Positions 51,301 through 64,000 of a DNA stretch of 64,000 nt are shown here, piece by piece. Position 1 is the stretch's first letter. Each line of letters begins with the position of its first letter. Source of the stretch: Stylophora pistillata (Eukaryota); NCBI RefSeq assembly GCF_002571385.2, contig NW_019217819.1, forward strand, positions 44,273 through 108,272. The letters are read 5' to 3'. Below the pieces are notes generated by a model, which ran no database searches, was not told where the DNA came from, and saw only the letters and a list, made by a program, of their open reading frames with translations. The position numbers were made by a program, and so were the translations under genes.

Positions 51301-54300
51301 TAGATCTAAAAGCATTGAAAAAGATGGATTCAATTGAGGTGGTGAATGCGTTAAATCAGAATATGCCTGGTCTTAAGTTTTTTCTAAGATCAACAGATGA
51401 AGAGCACAGTAGTGATGAATTCATCATGGATCTCACTTGTACTCTGGCAAATGCTTGTAAAGCACCGCCAGGTGAGGATACTAACAGGATTTTAACTGCG
51501 CTGAGGGGTTCAGTATTCTTAACCTCAAAGATTCCACGGTTGTTAGATCGCCTGGCTTTGAATGATCAAGACGTCCATGGACGACTTTTTCACTGGCTTA
51601 TAACAGTGTTCATGAATTATCTGAGACACCTGCCTAGTTCCTATGCTTACCTACCTTACGATCAATTAAAAAGAACATTGGATCAGTCCAACAGCGTAGG
51701 TAAAGAGGAGCTACAGAGGAAATTACAGGCTTTTAAACAAGCCAGAGATGACATCGTAAGAGCCAACAGGCAAAAGCATGGAAAACACTACATCAACAAT
51801 GGGGGACAAAAGCCCCCAAACAATTTTAGAAACCTACCGGTTTGCCCTACTACTAAAGAAATCAGAACCCAAGAACGCCCTTTCCTGCGAAAGAACATAA
51901 CTAAGGGGAGGTATGAAGATGCCGAGCACTATCTCGATGTACAGTTTCGATTGCTTAGAGAAGATTTTCTTGAGCCTCTAAGAGAAGGAATTCACGAAAT
52001 TATCCAAAACGTGCCGAGAAAAATGCGCAATCAATTAATGAGATATTATCCGGGGGCACGAATCGTCGGAAAGACGTGCACGCCGTCTGGAATTTCTTAT
52101 AAAGTACAATTTGATATCTCCAGATTCAATACCCGGAGGTGGGCACACTCGAAACGGCTCATCTTTGGTTCCTTCCTTTGCCTTTCTAAAGACAACTTTG
52201 AGACCATGCTTTTCGCCACGGTTTGTAACAGAATTCCAGAGGAACTCATAACCGGAAAAATTGACATTCGATTCCTAGAAGAACAGGACACCTTTGGGAT
52301 CGAAAACCGGAACTTCGATTATCAAATGGTTGAATCGCCTGCTTATTATGAAGCATATTGTCATGTTCTTAAAGGGCTGAAGGAATTAGATGAAACAACC
52401 CTGCCTTTCAAGAAATACCTAGTTGAGTGCAGCGAGGAAGTTGATCCACCAGAGTACCTGAGACGCGAGGATACCCAAGAGCCTGTGTGTTACGATCTTA
52501 CTCAGGCCCTGAATGTCCCAGATGCAACGGAAGCAAAGAGAGTTCCGATCCTTCAACTTGACGCGTGGCCGCCTGTTGAGACACTTCCTCTTAACGAGTC
52601 TCAGCTCGAAGCCTTAAAAATGGCACTTTCAACTGAGTTTTCAGTAATTCAGGGTCCTCCAGGAACTGGAAAGACGTATGTCGGGGCAAAAATTGTGCGA
52701 TGCCTACTTGAGAACCGAGAGGCTTGGGACCCAAATGAAGTTTCGCCAATGCTTATGGTCTGTTACACTAACCACGCGTTGGATCAGTTTTTAGTGAAAG
52801 CATTGGAGTTCCTTCCTAAGGAAGAGATCATACGTGTCGGGGGGAGATGCAAAAGTAAGCAACTAGAGGAGTGTAACCTGAAGCTTTTCACCAGCCAATA
52901 CAGGAGGAACGACAGGCGAGGGGAGGTCAGAGCATTGATGGCAGACAACGTATCAGCGATGAAACATTGTAAAGAATTGCTTGCCGAAGCGGACGGTCGA
53001 TTGTTAGCTTTGGACGACTTGGAAGACTTGCTGTGTCCCGAACATGTTGAACAACTGTATAATGCCATCTTCCCTCACAACGCCGCAAGAGAATCCCGAC
53101 ATTCAGGGAACACTTTCACACTTTGGTTATGTAGCAACGAGCTGATTAACTCCTGTAATCGGAGAACAAAGAGCACAGAGGAAGGCTCGCAAAATGAACT
53201 TGTTTTTCCAAAGAATGAAGCAGGCGAAGACGAGGGAATATTTCATGATTCTACGTTGTTAATGGCACCATTTATTGCCGATGAAGTCGGATATGATGCT
53301 GAAATGGAGGGTGCAAGTGGTCAGAGGAAAGTTTCCTTTGCCGTAACGCCGACCTCCAATGACATCGAATCAAGCCGTCCTCCAGCGGAAGAGCAGCCAT
53401 CAAAACTACCAAAACATCATCCTAAACCGATGAAAAACCTTCTCTCTGATCAAAGAGATTTGCAGGCAACATCCCTCGCAAGTGCCACAAGAGAAGCACC
53501 GGAAAGTTTCGTAAGTCGAGACACCTCGCTAACAGCATCAATTGCTTTGGAAGCCAGTCCTCAAACACACTTTATAACTGAAAAGGATAACGACACTGAG
53601 ACTGTTGATGAAGTTTCAGCAATTTTTGAAGAGACCATTACAGTAGAAAAGGAAGCTGATTTGATACAGTATCAAAGATGTCTGCATGGAGACGGCGATT
53701 TCCTTCCTGTTACATCAAAGACGGAAACAGGAGACGAAAGAAGTCCAGAGCTAGAGGGAAAACACGAGGAAGAGGGATGGGAAATAGTGGTTTATAAGAA
53801 AAAAAAGAAGGGAAAAGTTCGTTTCCACATGAAACAAAAAATATCTGAGAGCTCTGAGGGTGCGTTACAGGAAGAGCAAGTATTCTATGTTCCAGACGAG
53901 GGTAATACTGACCCCAAGACTTCATCAAAGAAGAAGAAAAAGAAGCAAAAGAAGAAAATCAAAAAAATTCATCTCACAGCGAATATTGATGATTTAAGAA
54001 GGAAGTTAGAAAAAGAAACAACAATGACGTATGAAGAGGCAATGAGTGTCAAGGACATTTGGTTGTTATCGCCCTCCGAACGACTTCGATTATACCTTTT
54101 CTGGGTGGAGAGCTATCGTGAGCGGTATAGAGTTGAAATCCACAAATGTGAAAGGGAGTACGAACAACTTTGCCACGAGCTAGATGTTGTCAGATTTCAA
54201 GAAGAGGAAGAGGTAATACGTCGTGCAACTGTCATTGGCATGACTACCAGTGGTGCAGCAAGGTATCACTCAGTGCTTCAGAGAGTGGCCCCTAAAATAG

Positions 54301-57300
54301 TTATCATCGAAGAAGCAGCCGAGGTAATGGAAGCGCACATTATTACGTCTCTCTCACACAGCACAAAACACACTATTCTTATTGGAGATCACAAGCAACT
54401 CCGTCCAAAAGCAACAGTTTACGAATTGGCCCAAAAATATAATTTGGAAATCTCACTATTCGAAAGAATGGTAATGAACTGCATGGAATGCAAACGCTTA
54501 AGTATACAGCATCGCATGCGCCCAGAGATTGCCGCACTGACGAAAAGAATTTATGAACACGAGATCATTGACCACGAATCTGTATGCAGCTTTGAAAATA
54601 TCACAGGTGTATCCTGTAACCTCTTCTTCATCGATCATCGCCAACCTGAGAATTTAGAAGGTGGCTTACAGAGCTACTCCAACCCTCACGAAGCGGACTT
54701 TCTGGTAGCACTCTGCAACTACCTTTTGCTTCAAGGATACAAACAAAACCAAATTACAATTCTCACCATGTACACTGGCCAGTTGTTACTTCTTCAAGAG
54801 AAAATGCCAAGACGAATATTTGGGGGAATACGAGTATGTGCCGTTGACAATTTTCAAGGTGAAGAAAGCGACATAGTTCTACTGTCACTGGTGAGGAGCA
54901 ATTCAGAACACAAAATTGGTTTTCTGAGGGAGTCGAACAGAATCTGTGTTGCATTGTCAAGAGCACGCGAAGGATTTTACTGTATTGGAAATTTCCACCT
55001 ATTGAAAAGCCAGTGTAAGCTGTGGAGGGAGATATGTGATTATCTTCAAACGCAAAACTCAATCGGCGAGAATCTGCAGCTTGTTTGCAAGAGGCACAGT
55101 AATGTGTTTAATGTACAATCGGGAAGTGACTTTAACATACTTGGAGGATGCAAGAAGATTTGCGGAGACCGCCTTAATTGTGGGCATGCCTGTGAAAGCT
55201 TATGTCATGTTCACGACCCACGCCATCAGAACTTCAAGTGCTTGAAATCATGTTCCGAATCGTGTTCCAATGGACATCAGTGCCGACTTGTCTGTCATTC
55301 TCCTGTGGAATGTCCAAAATGTGTTGCACTTGTGACAAAGATAATCCCTGGATGTGGTCACGAACAACAAGTTCCTTGCGCTACTGACCCGTCAAAATGC
55401 TCTTGTCGAGCCCAATGCGAGAAACTCCTCCGATGTGGCCACAAATGCACGAATTCATGTGGAGCTATTCCATGTACTAAAAAATGTCTTGTTCAGTGCA
55501 AGAAAATCCTTCCATGCGGGCACGAAAGGTTGATGGCATGTTTTGAAAACCCCATGGAACATAGAAAATGCAACGCTAGCTGTCCAAAAGTTCTAGACTG
55601 TGGCCACCCATGTTCGATGAGATGCACCGATACCTGTCGATGTAACAGCAGCATTAAAGTTGAATTGGAGTGTGGACATCAAAAAATAATTTTATGTCGC
55701 GATAAAGAGCATCCTCAGCTATGCTCTGAGAGATGTGAAAGGGAACTGGACTGTGGACACATTTGTCAGGCTGAATGTCACGAGGATTGTGGAACGAAAC
55801 GATGCGAAAGTGCTGTCTCCAAGTGCCTTCCATGTGGCCACCAACAAATAGTTCCTTGCTACATGAACCCAAAAGAGGTTTCCTGTAACGCACCCTGTGA
55901 AAGGCAGCTGAAATGCGGTCACAAGTGCTCATCTGTTTGCGGCCGACAGTGCCAAGAGGTTCAATGCCAACATTTATGCGAAACGATCTGTAAGGGAGGT
56001 CATGCATGTCAAAAACCTTGCCACTTTAACAAGCCGTGTGGTGATTGCATGGAAATGGTTAATGTGACAATTCCATCATGTAAACACAGCATTGAAATCT
56101 ACTGTTACGTAGAACTAGCCACAGTGACGTGTAATAGACCTTGTGAAAGAGTACGAGCCTGTGGACATCCATGTCATGAAATTTGTGGTAAAGGATGCGA
56201 AACACGGCCGTGCAAGGAAATTGTAACCAGAACGTTACTATGTGGTCATGCAGTCCCCTTACCCTGTCGCAAGGACCCGGAAAGGTACAAATGCAAGGAA
56301 AAGATCGAGGTTTATTTATCCTGTGGACATAGTAAGGTCTTGGAGTGTTATGTTGCAAAGGCTGGAAAAGAAAAGATTTTGTGCAACGAAATCGTCCCAA
56401 AAGAACTACGCTGTAAACACGTGGTTTCTCTCCCCTGCCATAAAGGTCTCGAAGAGTACAACTGCAAGCAGAAAGTTAAAGTAGAGCTATCGTGCGGACA
56501 TGCCAAGACTGTTTTCTGCTTCGTTGCTACCGGTAGCTTGCAAAGTGTTAACTGTAAGGAGAAGGTGGAACGAAAACTACCGTGTGGACATAACGAGACC
56601 CTACCGTGTTATATAAATCCTGAAGATTATTGTTGTCAAAAGGAGGTTGAAATCACCCTTCCATGTTTACATAAGAAGCTGATAGCATGTGCCAAAGTGA
56701 GCCGTGGATTACGAGACGAACCATGTGATGAAATAATGACAAGGAAATTACCTTGCAATCATGAAAAGCAAATGAAGTGCTCATCGCAGACGGAGAAAGC
56801 GTTTTGTGATGCTCCTTGCGAACGACTTCTTCCATGTAACCACCCTTGCCCGGGAAAATGTGGCGATAAATGTGTAACTTTCAAATGCGCAGTCAAAGTT
56901 GAAAAGGTACTAGCATGCGGAAAACATTGGAAAAGTTGCCGTTGCTCGGAAGATGTGTCACAGAGTACTTGTTCGAACAGCTGCACCCTTACGTTGTCCT
57001 GCGGGCACAGATGCCCTGGTAAATGTTTTGAAGATTGCAATAATTACAAGTGTTCAGTGATGATGTGGAAGCAACTCGGTTGCGTAGGAAACCATTGGAA
57101 GAAAATGGCTTGTAGTGAGGACTCTAGGACTGCAAAATGCGAGAAACAATGCAACAGAACTCTTGTTTGTGGTCATCCGTGTCCGGGGCTATGCAGTCAA
57201 GACTGTGGCGGTATGAAGTGTATCCGAAGAGTAGAAAAACGTTTCCCTTGTGGTCATGAGGAACCACTTCAGTGTTACCAGAGTGAAGGTGCAACTTGTA

Positions 57301-58898
57301 TCAAACCCTGTCTGCGTCGAAAGAGTAGGTGCAAACATATGTGCAAAGGAGTGTGTGGTGACGACTGCTCCAAGTATCCTTGCGATGTAGTTGTGAATAA
57401 GACCCTTGCATGTGGCCATAAAATAAGGATGCTTTGTAGCCGGACTGCTGATGCCATTGAATGCCCCGTTCCGTGTGGGAAAAAACTACTCTGTGGTCAC
57501 CAATGTTCTGGGGCATGTAAAGATTGTCAACCGAGAGGCTCACATGAATTATGTCAATATACATGTGGCAAATTGCTCGTATGCCTCCACCGTTGTAAGG
57601 CTTTGTGTAGCGAGCCTTGTCCTCCATGTGACAGGAATTGCAGCCGAGGGTGCCCTCATGGAAAGTGGTCCGAAAAATGTTCTAAACCGTACGAGCCGTG
57701 TAAAAAACCATGCACCTGGAGTTGTCCTCACTATCAATGTAACAATCTCTGTGGTGAAGAATGCGATCGCCCTCGCTGTAATGCACCCTGTACCAAGAAG
57801 CTCCCATGTCGTCATCCGTGTATTGGGCTGTGTGGAGAAAATTGTCCCACTCTATGCGGCATTTGCCCCTCCAAAAAGCTTTCTTCCCTATTTGGTGATA
57901 GACGTGGTGAGAAAATGGAAGTTCCCAGATGCTTACAGTTATTTGACTGTGGTCATATTGTAAAGGTTGATGAAATGGATGCGTGGGTGTTGCTTGAGTT
58001 AGGTAATGACGTACACCTCTTGCGATGTCCGAAGTGCACTACATCAATAACATTTAGCTATCGCTATGCCAACATCATCAAAAGGGTACTGACCAACATT
58101 GAAGATGTTAAAAGACAACTGCAACAGGTTGAAAATGAAGTAACTAACTCAGCCATACAGCTTGGAAAAGATCTAATTATTGAGCGGCCAAAACATGACA
58201 GAAAGAAGAAGAAGAGGGTCCAGCAAACAAAATTAGACTGCGTTCAGGCAGTTCCATGGACTTGGAATCCTTTCAATCTGCCTGATGCAAATCAGAACAG
58301 TGTCCTTAAGTCGACGTTTAGAAATCATCTGATCATCTTTCAGCAGGTAAAGAGAGCAGAACAACTGCTAAAAGGTTTTAAAGTTGGATGCGAAGTCCAA
58401 CATAAGGTGGGGAATTTATCTAAAGCTACATTGGAAGATGCATTAGAAGATATCAAAGAGTACCTTGAAGACCCTCAACTGGATCTGAAATCACTCAGTC
58501 AAGTGTACGAACAAGCGAGGAAGTTCTTCCTATTTTCTAGTGTTTTAGAAGTCTATAACACTATTGTAAGGAAGAAAATCGCCCTGTCAAGTATTGGTGA
58601 AACTCGATTAAAGTTGGCATGCGATGGGTTTTCAGGGTTCATCCAGGGTGACGATGGTGCTTTAGATCTTGAACGGCTGGAAAAGATCGTTAACGCGTTA
58701 CGTGCAGAGGTAAAACTCGCTCCTTTACCGCCTGAGGAAGCAAAAGTCTTCTCGAACTTCCCTGGATACCAAAGTGACATTTGGAAGTTATGTGGACAAG
58801 GTCATGTTTACTACATGACATGGATTGTGCGAGGGGGCGAAGACATACCGATTGGAAGTAAAGGATGCACAAGATGTACAAGAAGTGAGACTGGATAA
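48326..58898 (+). CDS. ZNFX1: ZNFX1-like protein, copy D (start exon unresolved). Exons 48326-48427, 49570-49689, 49981-50097, 50377-50481, 51181-58898
   Basis: The 2612-aa ORF has intact helicase motifs and ~33 fingers. Four open phase 1-1 mini-exons are homologous to those of B and C. No clean ATG exon was found. Confidence 0.9.
49718..49766. repeat. 15-bp tandem repeat (AGTTAAGACCTAGAA)x3, intronic
   Basis: Read directly from the sequence. Confidence 0.9.
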
Positions 58899-61800
58899 AA
58901 TGAATAAGGTGAGTTAAACAGAAAAAAGGAAGAAATCAGCGTTGAATCAGACCGAGACCTGTCGAACTGGCGTGGGATATGTCAAAAATCAAGCTTTCGA
59001 AGCAAGGTGATTCCTCAGAAAAAAAGGTAATCGAACATTTTTCTTTTAACCTTTCCTTAAATGTTCCCTACCGATGTCTGTTTCGAAAAATGTAATTAAA
59101 AAATAATAGGTCACAATGCTTGTTAAAGAGGTATGATGGGCCAAACTTACCCTAGTTAAGCCTGTTCTGGCACTAATCTTGCGCATCATTTCATCGGTTT
59201 ATGGTACACTTGCGGTAGCTGGAAGCAAGGGTTTTCAAATTCACACTTGAAAAAAACTTGATAGGTAGAAATTCTCGAGCGTATGGATCAATTAGACCTA
59301 TAACTTGTGCGAAAATCACGCAAATTTAAACGGCATCGACTCAAAACGTTCCTAGATTTGTTGCTTTAAAGGTCATCATTTGCAACCTCAAGTAACTAAC
59401 TTCGTGCATGCTTTTAACTATATCTTTTTTTCTCTTCGATTAATTTTTTTTTTAATTTCTCCGATTCAAAGGGGATAATCGGTACACCAAAATGATGGAA
59501 GGAATAATCTTAATGCACCTTTGGATATTTGCAGGCAATTCTTGTTAATTGTTAATCGTAGTCCCTTATGTTCCCTCAGGTCTTTTAAAACATTGGAGAG
59601 TCCTGACTTTTGCTTGCCTACAGGGACTTTCCTGGAATCGAAACGTCCGGCTATCTACAGCTATCGACGACCCCATTCGAGAAACCAAAGAATTTGTCAC
59701 GGAAAGAGCTACATGAAGTGTGTGCGAGTTATCATAAAAGGCATGGAAGATTGCCTCAGAGAGCAGCTCAGAATATGCAGTGGCTTACGCGTGAGTGAAA
59801 CAGGAAAGAAACCTACTCTACCTGCTAAAAGAACTCATCCTTTCGCAGACGTATTTACTTATGCACAATTAGAAAGAACAGGATCTTTTGCGAATGAATG
59901 AGATGGCGAATAGCGAAAAACTGAATAATTAAGGGTGTGTGAATAGGTTAGCGAGTACAGATTTATCTGCGAACTTTTATTTATTAAAGTAATACGTACA
60001 ACGTAGCTTTTCATAAGGCAAAGTAAACGTACCAACCTAGATAAGATTAAGATATCTGCGCAGCCAGAAAAGAGCAATTGAACAAATGTTATGCAAACTC
60101 CATGCTGGCTGGAACATTTAAAGCGAAATCATTCCTTTTCGTAAATAATGTATAAAATGAGTTACAGTAGTCTACCAAATGGTATCTGATGCGCAAAGCG
60201 CCCGATGTTTTGTTGATCCAGCCAAAATTAACGTTTAATTTACAAAGCTTACTTTCACTTCAGCGTAATTGAAGGATAGGAAATTTGGTGTGTCTTTTGA
60301 GCCATTTATGTCGTTTTCAAAACTTAATATCATCTGTCAACTGCCATGATATAGCTAATTCCGCTTTCCGTTTTCCACTCTGCGATCTATTTTTACTTAA
60401 TTCCTATTTCCGAGAAAAGAAAAAAAAACCCGTTATCTAAACAGACATTGTTATCAAGTATCCAAATCTGTTTCTAACCCAGTATCAATTCACTGCGTGC
60501 ATATACTTGTCTACCGAAGCAACAAAGTCTTATCTCGTTATTTTCCGGTCCCTAACTTGTTGGTAGTTTGTGCTGTGAGCGAGTGTCTACACTTCCTTGT
60601 GATTGCTTGAGGGCGAGAACGGGTAAGGAAATGTTTATATTCACCTATTTCCTAATTCCTTCGCAATGGAGGCTTGCCGAAGTTGTGCTGATCTAATTAG
60701 TTGTTATTCAGTTGAAATACTTAGGAAAATTCGCTAAACTTAAAGGGGCCGGTCATTTAAAAAAGTTTGGCCGTTGTATAGCAAAACCGCATTCTAAACC
60801 ATCATGAATTTAACTAGATCATTAGTCTGAACATTTGTTTTTGTGGACAGTGTCAAGAGGGCCGACAGCTAGCAATGGAAGGACATTAATTAAATGAAAA
60901 CAACTCTCTTAAAGAGAATAAGTCAGGCCCTCTTCTTGCGTAGAACCGCGGTTTGGGTTAGACCTTGTGAAAATTACTACCCTAAACGGTTTAGGACTAA
61001 CAACAAGTCTTTACATAAGCATAAATTTAAAAAATAAAGATTTAAATAAATTATCCACAATTAATTTCCATGAATTTTTACGATCATGCGTGTAACGTCG
61101 ACAAGATGCGATAGAAAGTTCTTAATGGATACCTCTGACTGAAAATGTTTGAAGAAAGTAAGGTAGAACGCACAGTTCAGCGGATGCAATGTCGTACTCA
61201 AACAATATCAAAGCCGCCATGTTAGTGCTTCGACGGTTCCAGCAATTCGAAATTCAAAACAAACTTGAACTACAGACAATGACAAGAGGTCATTATTCAA
61301 AAAGAAAGTGGAATCTTCAGAGTCGTAGTTTTCGGAAAGTGAAGTACAGCTGTGAGTTTGATTAATTATAATTTTCAGATTGATGTTGTGCATATTGGTG
61401 GTTAAGGATGACTTACTAACGGAAATCTGAGAACGCTAAAACCTGTCGCATTTAGAGAACCGAATTAGGTTCTCTGCACATACCAATCAAATAAACTCAA
61501 ATCAATGAAGGGCGTTGTTAGCCTTCCTCACACAACAACGTATTTTCATTATGTTCGACAAGCCTTTCTCAATCGTCCGTTTTGGAATCTGACCCACACT
61601 GATTACTATTCAGTGACATTTTACAATGGGTTAATAACATGACTTGAGATTTGCAACGGCGGAGATAAATCAAAGGAAACTGTGAATAAGATGTGGATAT
61701 ATTACGTGTAAGTGGGTTTTGAAGATGATTAAATTCCTTTTTGCAAAAATATACATTCTACATGTGAAACATAGGCAGCCAATGGGTTAGTCTTGGATAG

Positions 61801-62474
61801 AGTTGAAACTACTTGGAAATGCTGGAGTGATGTTGGGTGAATGGTAAGCTGTTCACATTTTGGCTATCGGTCAGTATAAACAAAATATACCAGGGAACGG
61901 GCGAGGAATATCTTTTATTTATTTATTTTTTTTATTTGTTCTCACATTCATACTTGCTCTACGCAAAAAATTTACATAATTGAAAGAAATTATTAGAAAG
62001 AAATTTGAGTATTAGCAGCCTGGAATAACCATAGGGGCTAGCGGAGCCAGAATATTCCACAACAGTGAAACTGATCGTGGAAGATGATCGCGGGAAAACG
62101 ATTGTGTGACACTCTGTCCGTTGTATTAAAGTTGACATGTTATCAAGTACGCAGTTTCTGGAGTCCAGTTGCATTCTGCAGTGTGAAGTCTGTCTGTATT
62201 TGTATTGACCGGTTCAGAAAATTCGTCCATTGAAATCTCGAAGGTTCTCGATCTATTAAGATCAGCCCGCTTGATTGTCTTTAATCATTGATTATATGTT
62301 TAACTGGATGGAAACCCTGCGAGCAGAGGCTCTTCGATCTTCCTAGATTAGTCGGGAAGAGGAAGGTCCTGAGCAAGTTGTAACAATTATTAGAAAAAGT
62401 CTAAATATACGAAGTATGAGGGACAATTTGAAACTGGCTGTAGAGGGCAAACTCCAATGTTGGAAGACTGTCTT

Positions 62475-62503
62475 GTATGTGTGTATGTATGTATGTATGT
62501 ATG

Positions 62504-62532
<29 letters not shown>
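62475..62532. repeat. (TATG)n microsatellite, probably a retroposon 3' tail; a second short run lies at 62783-62807
   Basis: Read directly from the sequence. Confidence 0.9.
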
Positions 62533-62534
<2 letters not shown>

Positions 62535-62611
62535 CCAATTATTAGGCTGGAATGTTCCTTATCGACTCTCAAAGGGCTCAATTGTTGGACTAGAGCAGTA
62601 GATAATATTAT

Positions 62612-62776
62612 CGGCAACGAGTTGGGTTATTTGGTTCAAGACATTTAATTGCTTCTCAGAGTTTCATGCTTCATCAGAAGCAATCATTAGGAGTTGCCTG
62701 ATGATTGCTTCTGATGACCCATGAAAATCTGAGTAGCAATTAAATGTCTTGGACCAAATAACCCAACTCGTTGCTG
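62612..62776. mobile_element. 165-bp palindromic element made of two back-to-back hammerhead-like motifs
   Basis: Near-perfect hairpin flanked by ATAATATTAT on both sides. Confidence 0.75.
62692..62741 (+). ncRNA. Type I hammerhead ribozyme-like motif (partly decayed)
   Basis: Stem I AGUUGC/GCAAUU, CUGAUGA at 62698-62704, stem II region, GAAA at 62723-62726, stem III (A)UCUGAG and a GUA cleavage triplet at 62733-62735. Confidence 0.6.
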
Positions 62777-64000
62777 ATAATATTATGTATGTATGTGTGT
62801 ATGTATGCAGGAACCTCTGCGAGCCGCCTCGACTTTCTTTGAATTGCCGCTCATCCACCGAAGCGGATGAGTCAGTCCGGTTGGAAACCAGTTTTCCCTG
62901 TTTCGGCTCGGTGCGCATATGTGTTGTTAGAAATTGCTGACTAAATAGACGCCCACAGTTCATTGTTTACGCTCGTGAATTTCTCAAAGTCGTCAAATCT
63001 TCGTCCGCGTCATTAAAGTTTGACGATAAAAGCGACAATCCACCAGACCGGATTTTCTAGAGTGTCTGGGGCGATCGACTTGACTTTGTGAGACGCTTTA
63101 CGCTTACCATCTTGCGACAAGACGGAGAATATTTCGCTCGGAACATGCCGCATAACAAGCACACCAAATCTTTTCTTGAAGCACGAGCTTTGGACGTCAC
63201 CTTTTCCACTGGCGTTTCTGGAGAACCAAAAATATCAGACGATTCCATGATGGAATCGCCTGAATTAAAACTACAACACACTACACTACACTTTTTTAAA
63301 CGAATCATTCTTCGGTATTTGCCGTGTTTTCCTTGCAAGAAACTCGCGGGAAAATAGTTGCGACAAAATGAATAGTTAATTGCTGATGGACTCGAGGCTG
63401 AGCAAGGCTCGGTTACATTTGAATTTAACGCACACTCAATAGGTAAAGTCGAGGCGGCTCGCAGAGATTCCTTCCTCTTCCCGACTAATCTAGGAAGATT
63501 GAAGGACCTCTGCTCGCAGGGTTCTGGAGGGAATGTCTACAGAATAATTGATAAAACAAACGGTTTCTATTTTCTCTAAGAAACAACTCTTCTAAGCATA
63601 TTAATTATTTAAAATTTAAGTGAAAATTCACTCACTGTAGTTCATGACTGTGAAGAGATAAACTTGTGAATAGTCTCAGATTTTAGTCAGAATCTGTACA
63701 TCAAATGATTATTGTCGTAGTCAGTACAGTGAGTAAATGACAAGATTTTTTCGTGAACTGTGGCTATTCAAAGTTATTATCCAGTTACTAATCTACCCTA
63801 GACCAAAATCCTGGTCACATTCTAAAATGCATGCCCTCAAGTAGCCTTCTCCCATTACGGAGTAAACCAGATTAGCCACTGACAGTTTTCCATCCCTTGC
63901 ACGTTCTACGCGCTTAGCAAAGTAACTTATTTAACTCCAGGAGTTGAGTACCCCTACTGACATGAGTAACCACCTCTGCCGATGATGACCGTGATACATT

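Larger units (their letters stand above)
62313..63523. mobile_element. Non-autonomous TIR DNA transposon with a probable 9-bp TSD; left TIR interrupted by nested insertions
   Basis: The TIR AACCCTGCGAGCAGAGG..TCTTCCTAGATTAGTCGGGAAGAGGAAGG is present at both ends, flanked by CTGGATGGA and CTGGAGGGA (8/9 match). An internal CxxC ORF remnant lies at 63057-63338(-). Confidence 0.8.

Noticed and set aside
8533-58881. Many 60-200 aa antisense or alternate-frame ORFs overlapping the large exons
   Set aside because: They are shadows of long coding sequence, with no recognisable motifs.
61130-62200. Possible minus-strand exons (MAALILFEY... and a hydrophobic tail near 62020-62100)
   Set aside because: I could not build a consistent spliced frame or recognise a protein family.

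Overview
This window is eukaryotic, intron-containing animal DNA. The repeat families and gene content suggest a cnidarian, probably a stony coral (inference). It holds a tandem cluster of four ZNFX1-family genes (UPF1-like SF1 RNA helicase plus Cys/His zinc-finger array). Copy A (minus strand) runs off the left edge. It has an RGG-rich first coding exon and an intron splitting the Walker A motif, and it sits head-to-head with copy B. Copies B, C and D (plus strand, about 2630-2720 aa) each have one uninterrupted 7.6-7.7 kb exon preceded by phase-1 mini-exons. They keep all helicase motifs and carry about 31-35 zinc-finger units, with the count varying between copies. All three end in a remodelled RZ finger that keeps the zinc ligands but lacks the G-[DE]-C-G reactive cysteine and the downstream IGGxxH, so they look like E3-dead RNA sensors. 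B, C and D share a homologous upstream block carrying STAT (TTCN3GAA) sites, and IRF-type elements lie near the first coding exons. Spacers and introns contain a BEL/Pao relic with a nested Penelope end, mirrored around a single N (probably an assembly artefact). They also contain a 1.1-kb Galileo/P-like foldback, MITEs, Crypton-like relics, hammerhead-ribozyme-like motifs and two assembly gaps. All exon models and counts were derived by eye and need RNA-seq confirmation.
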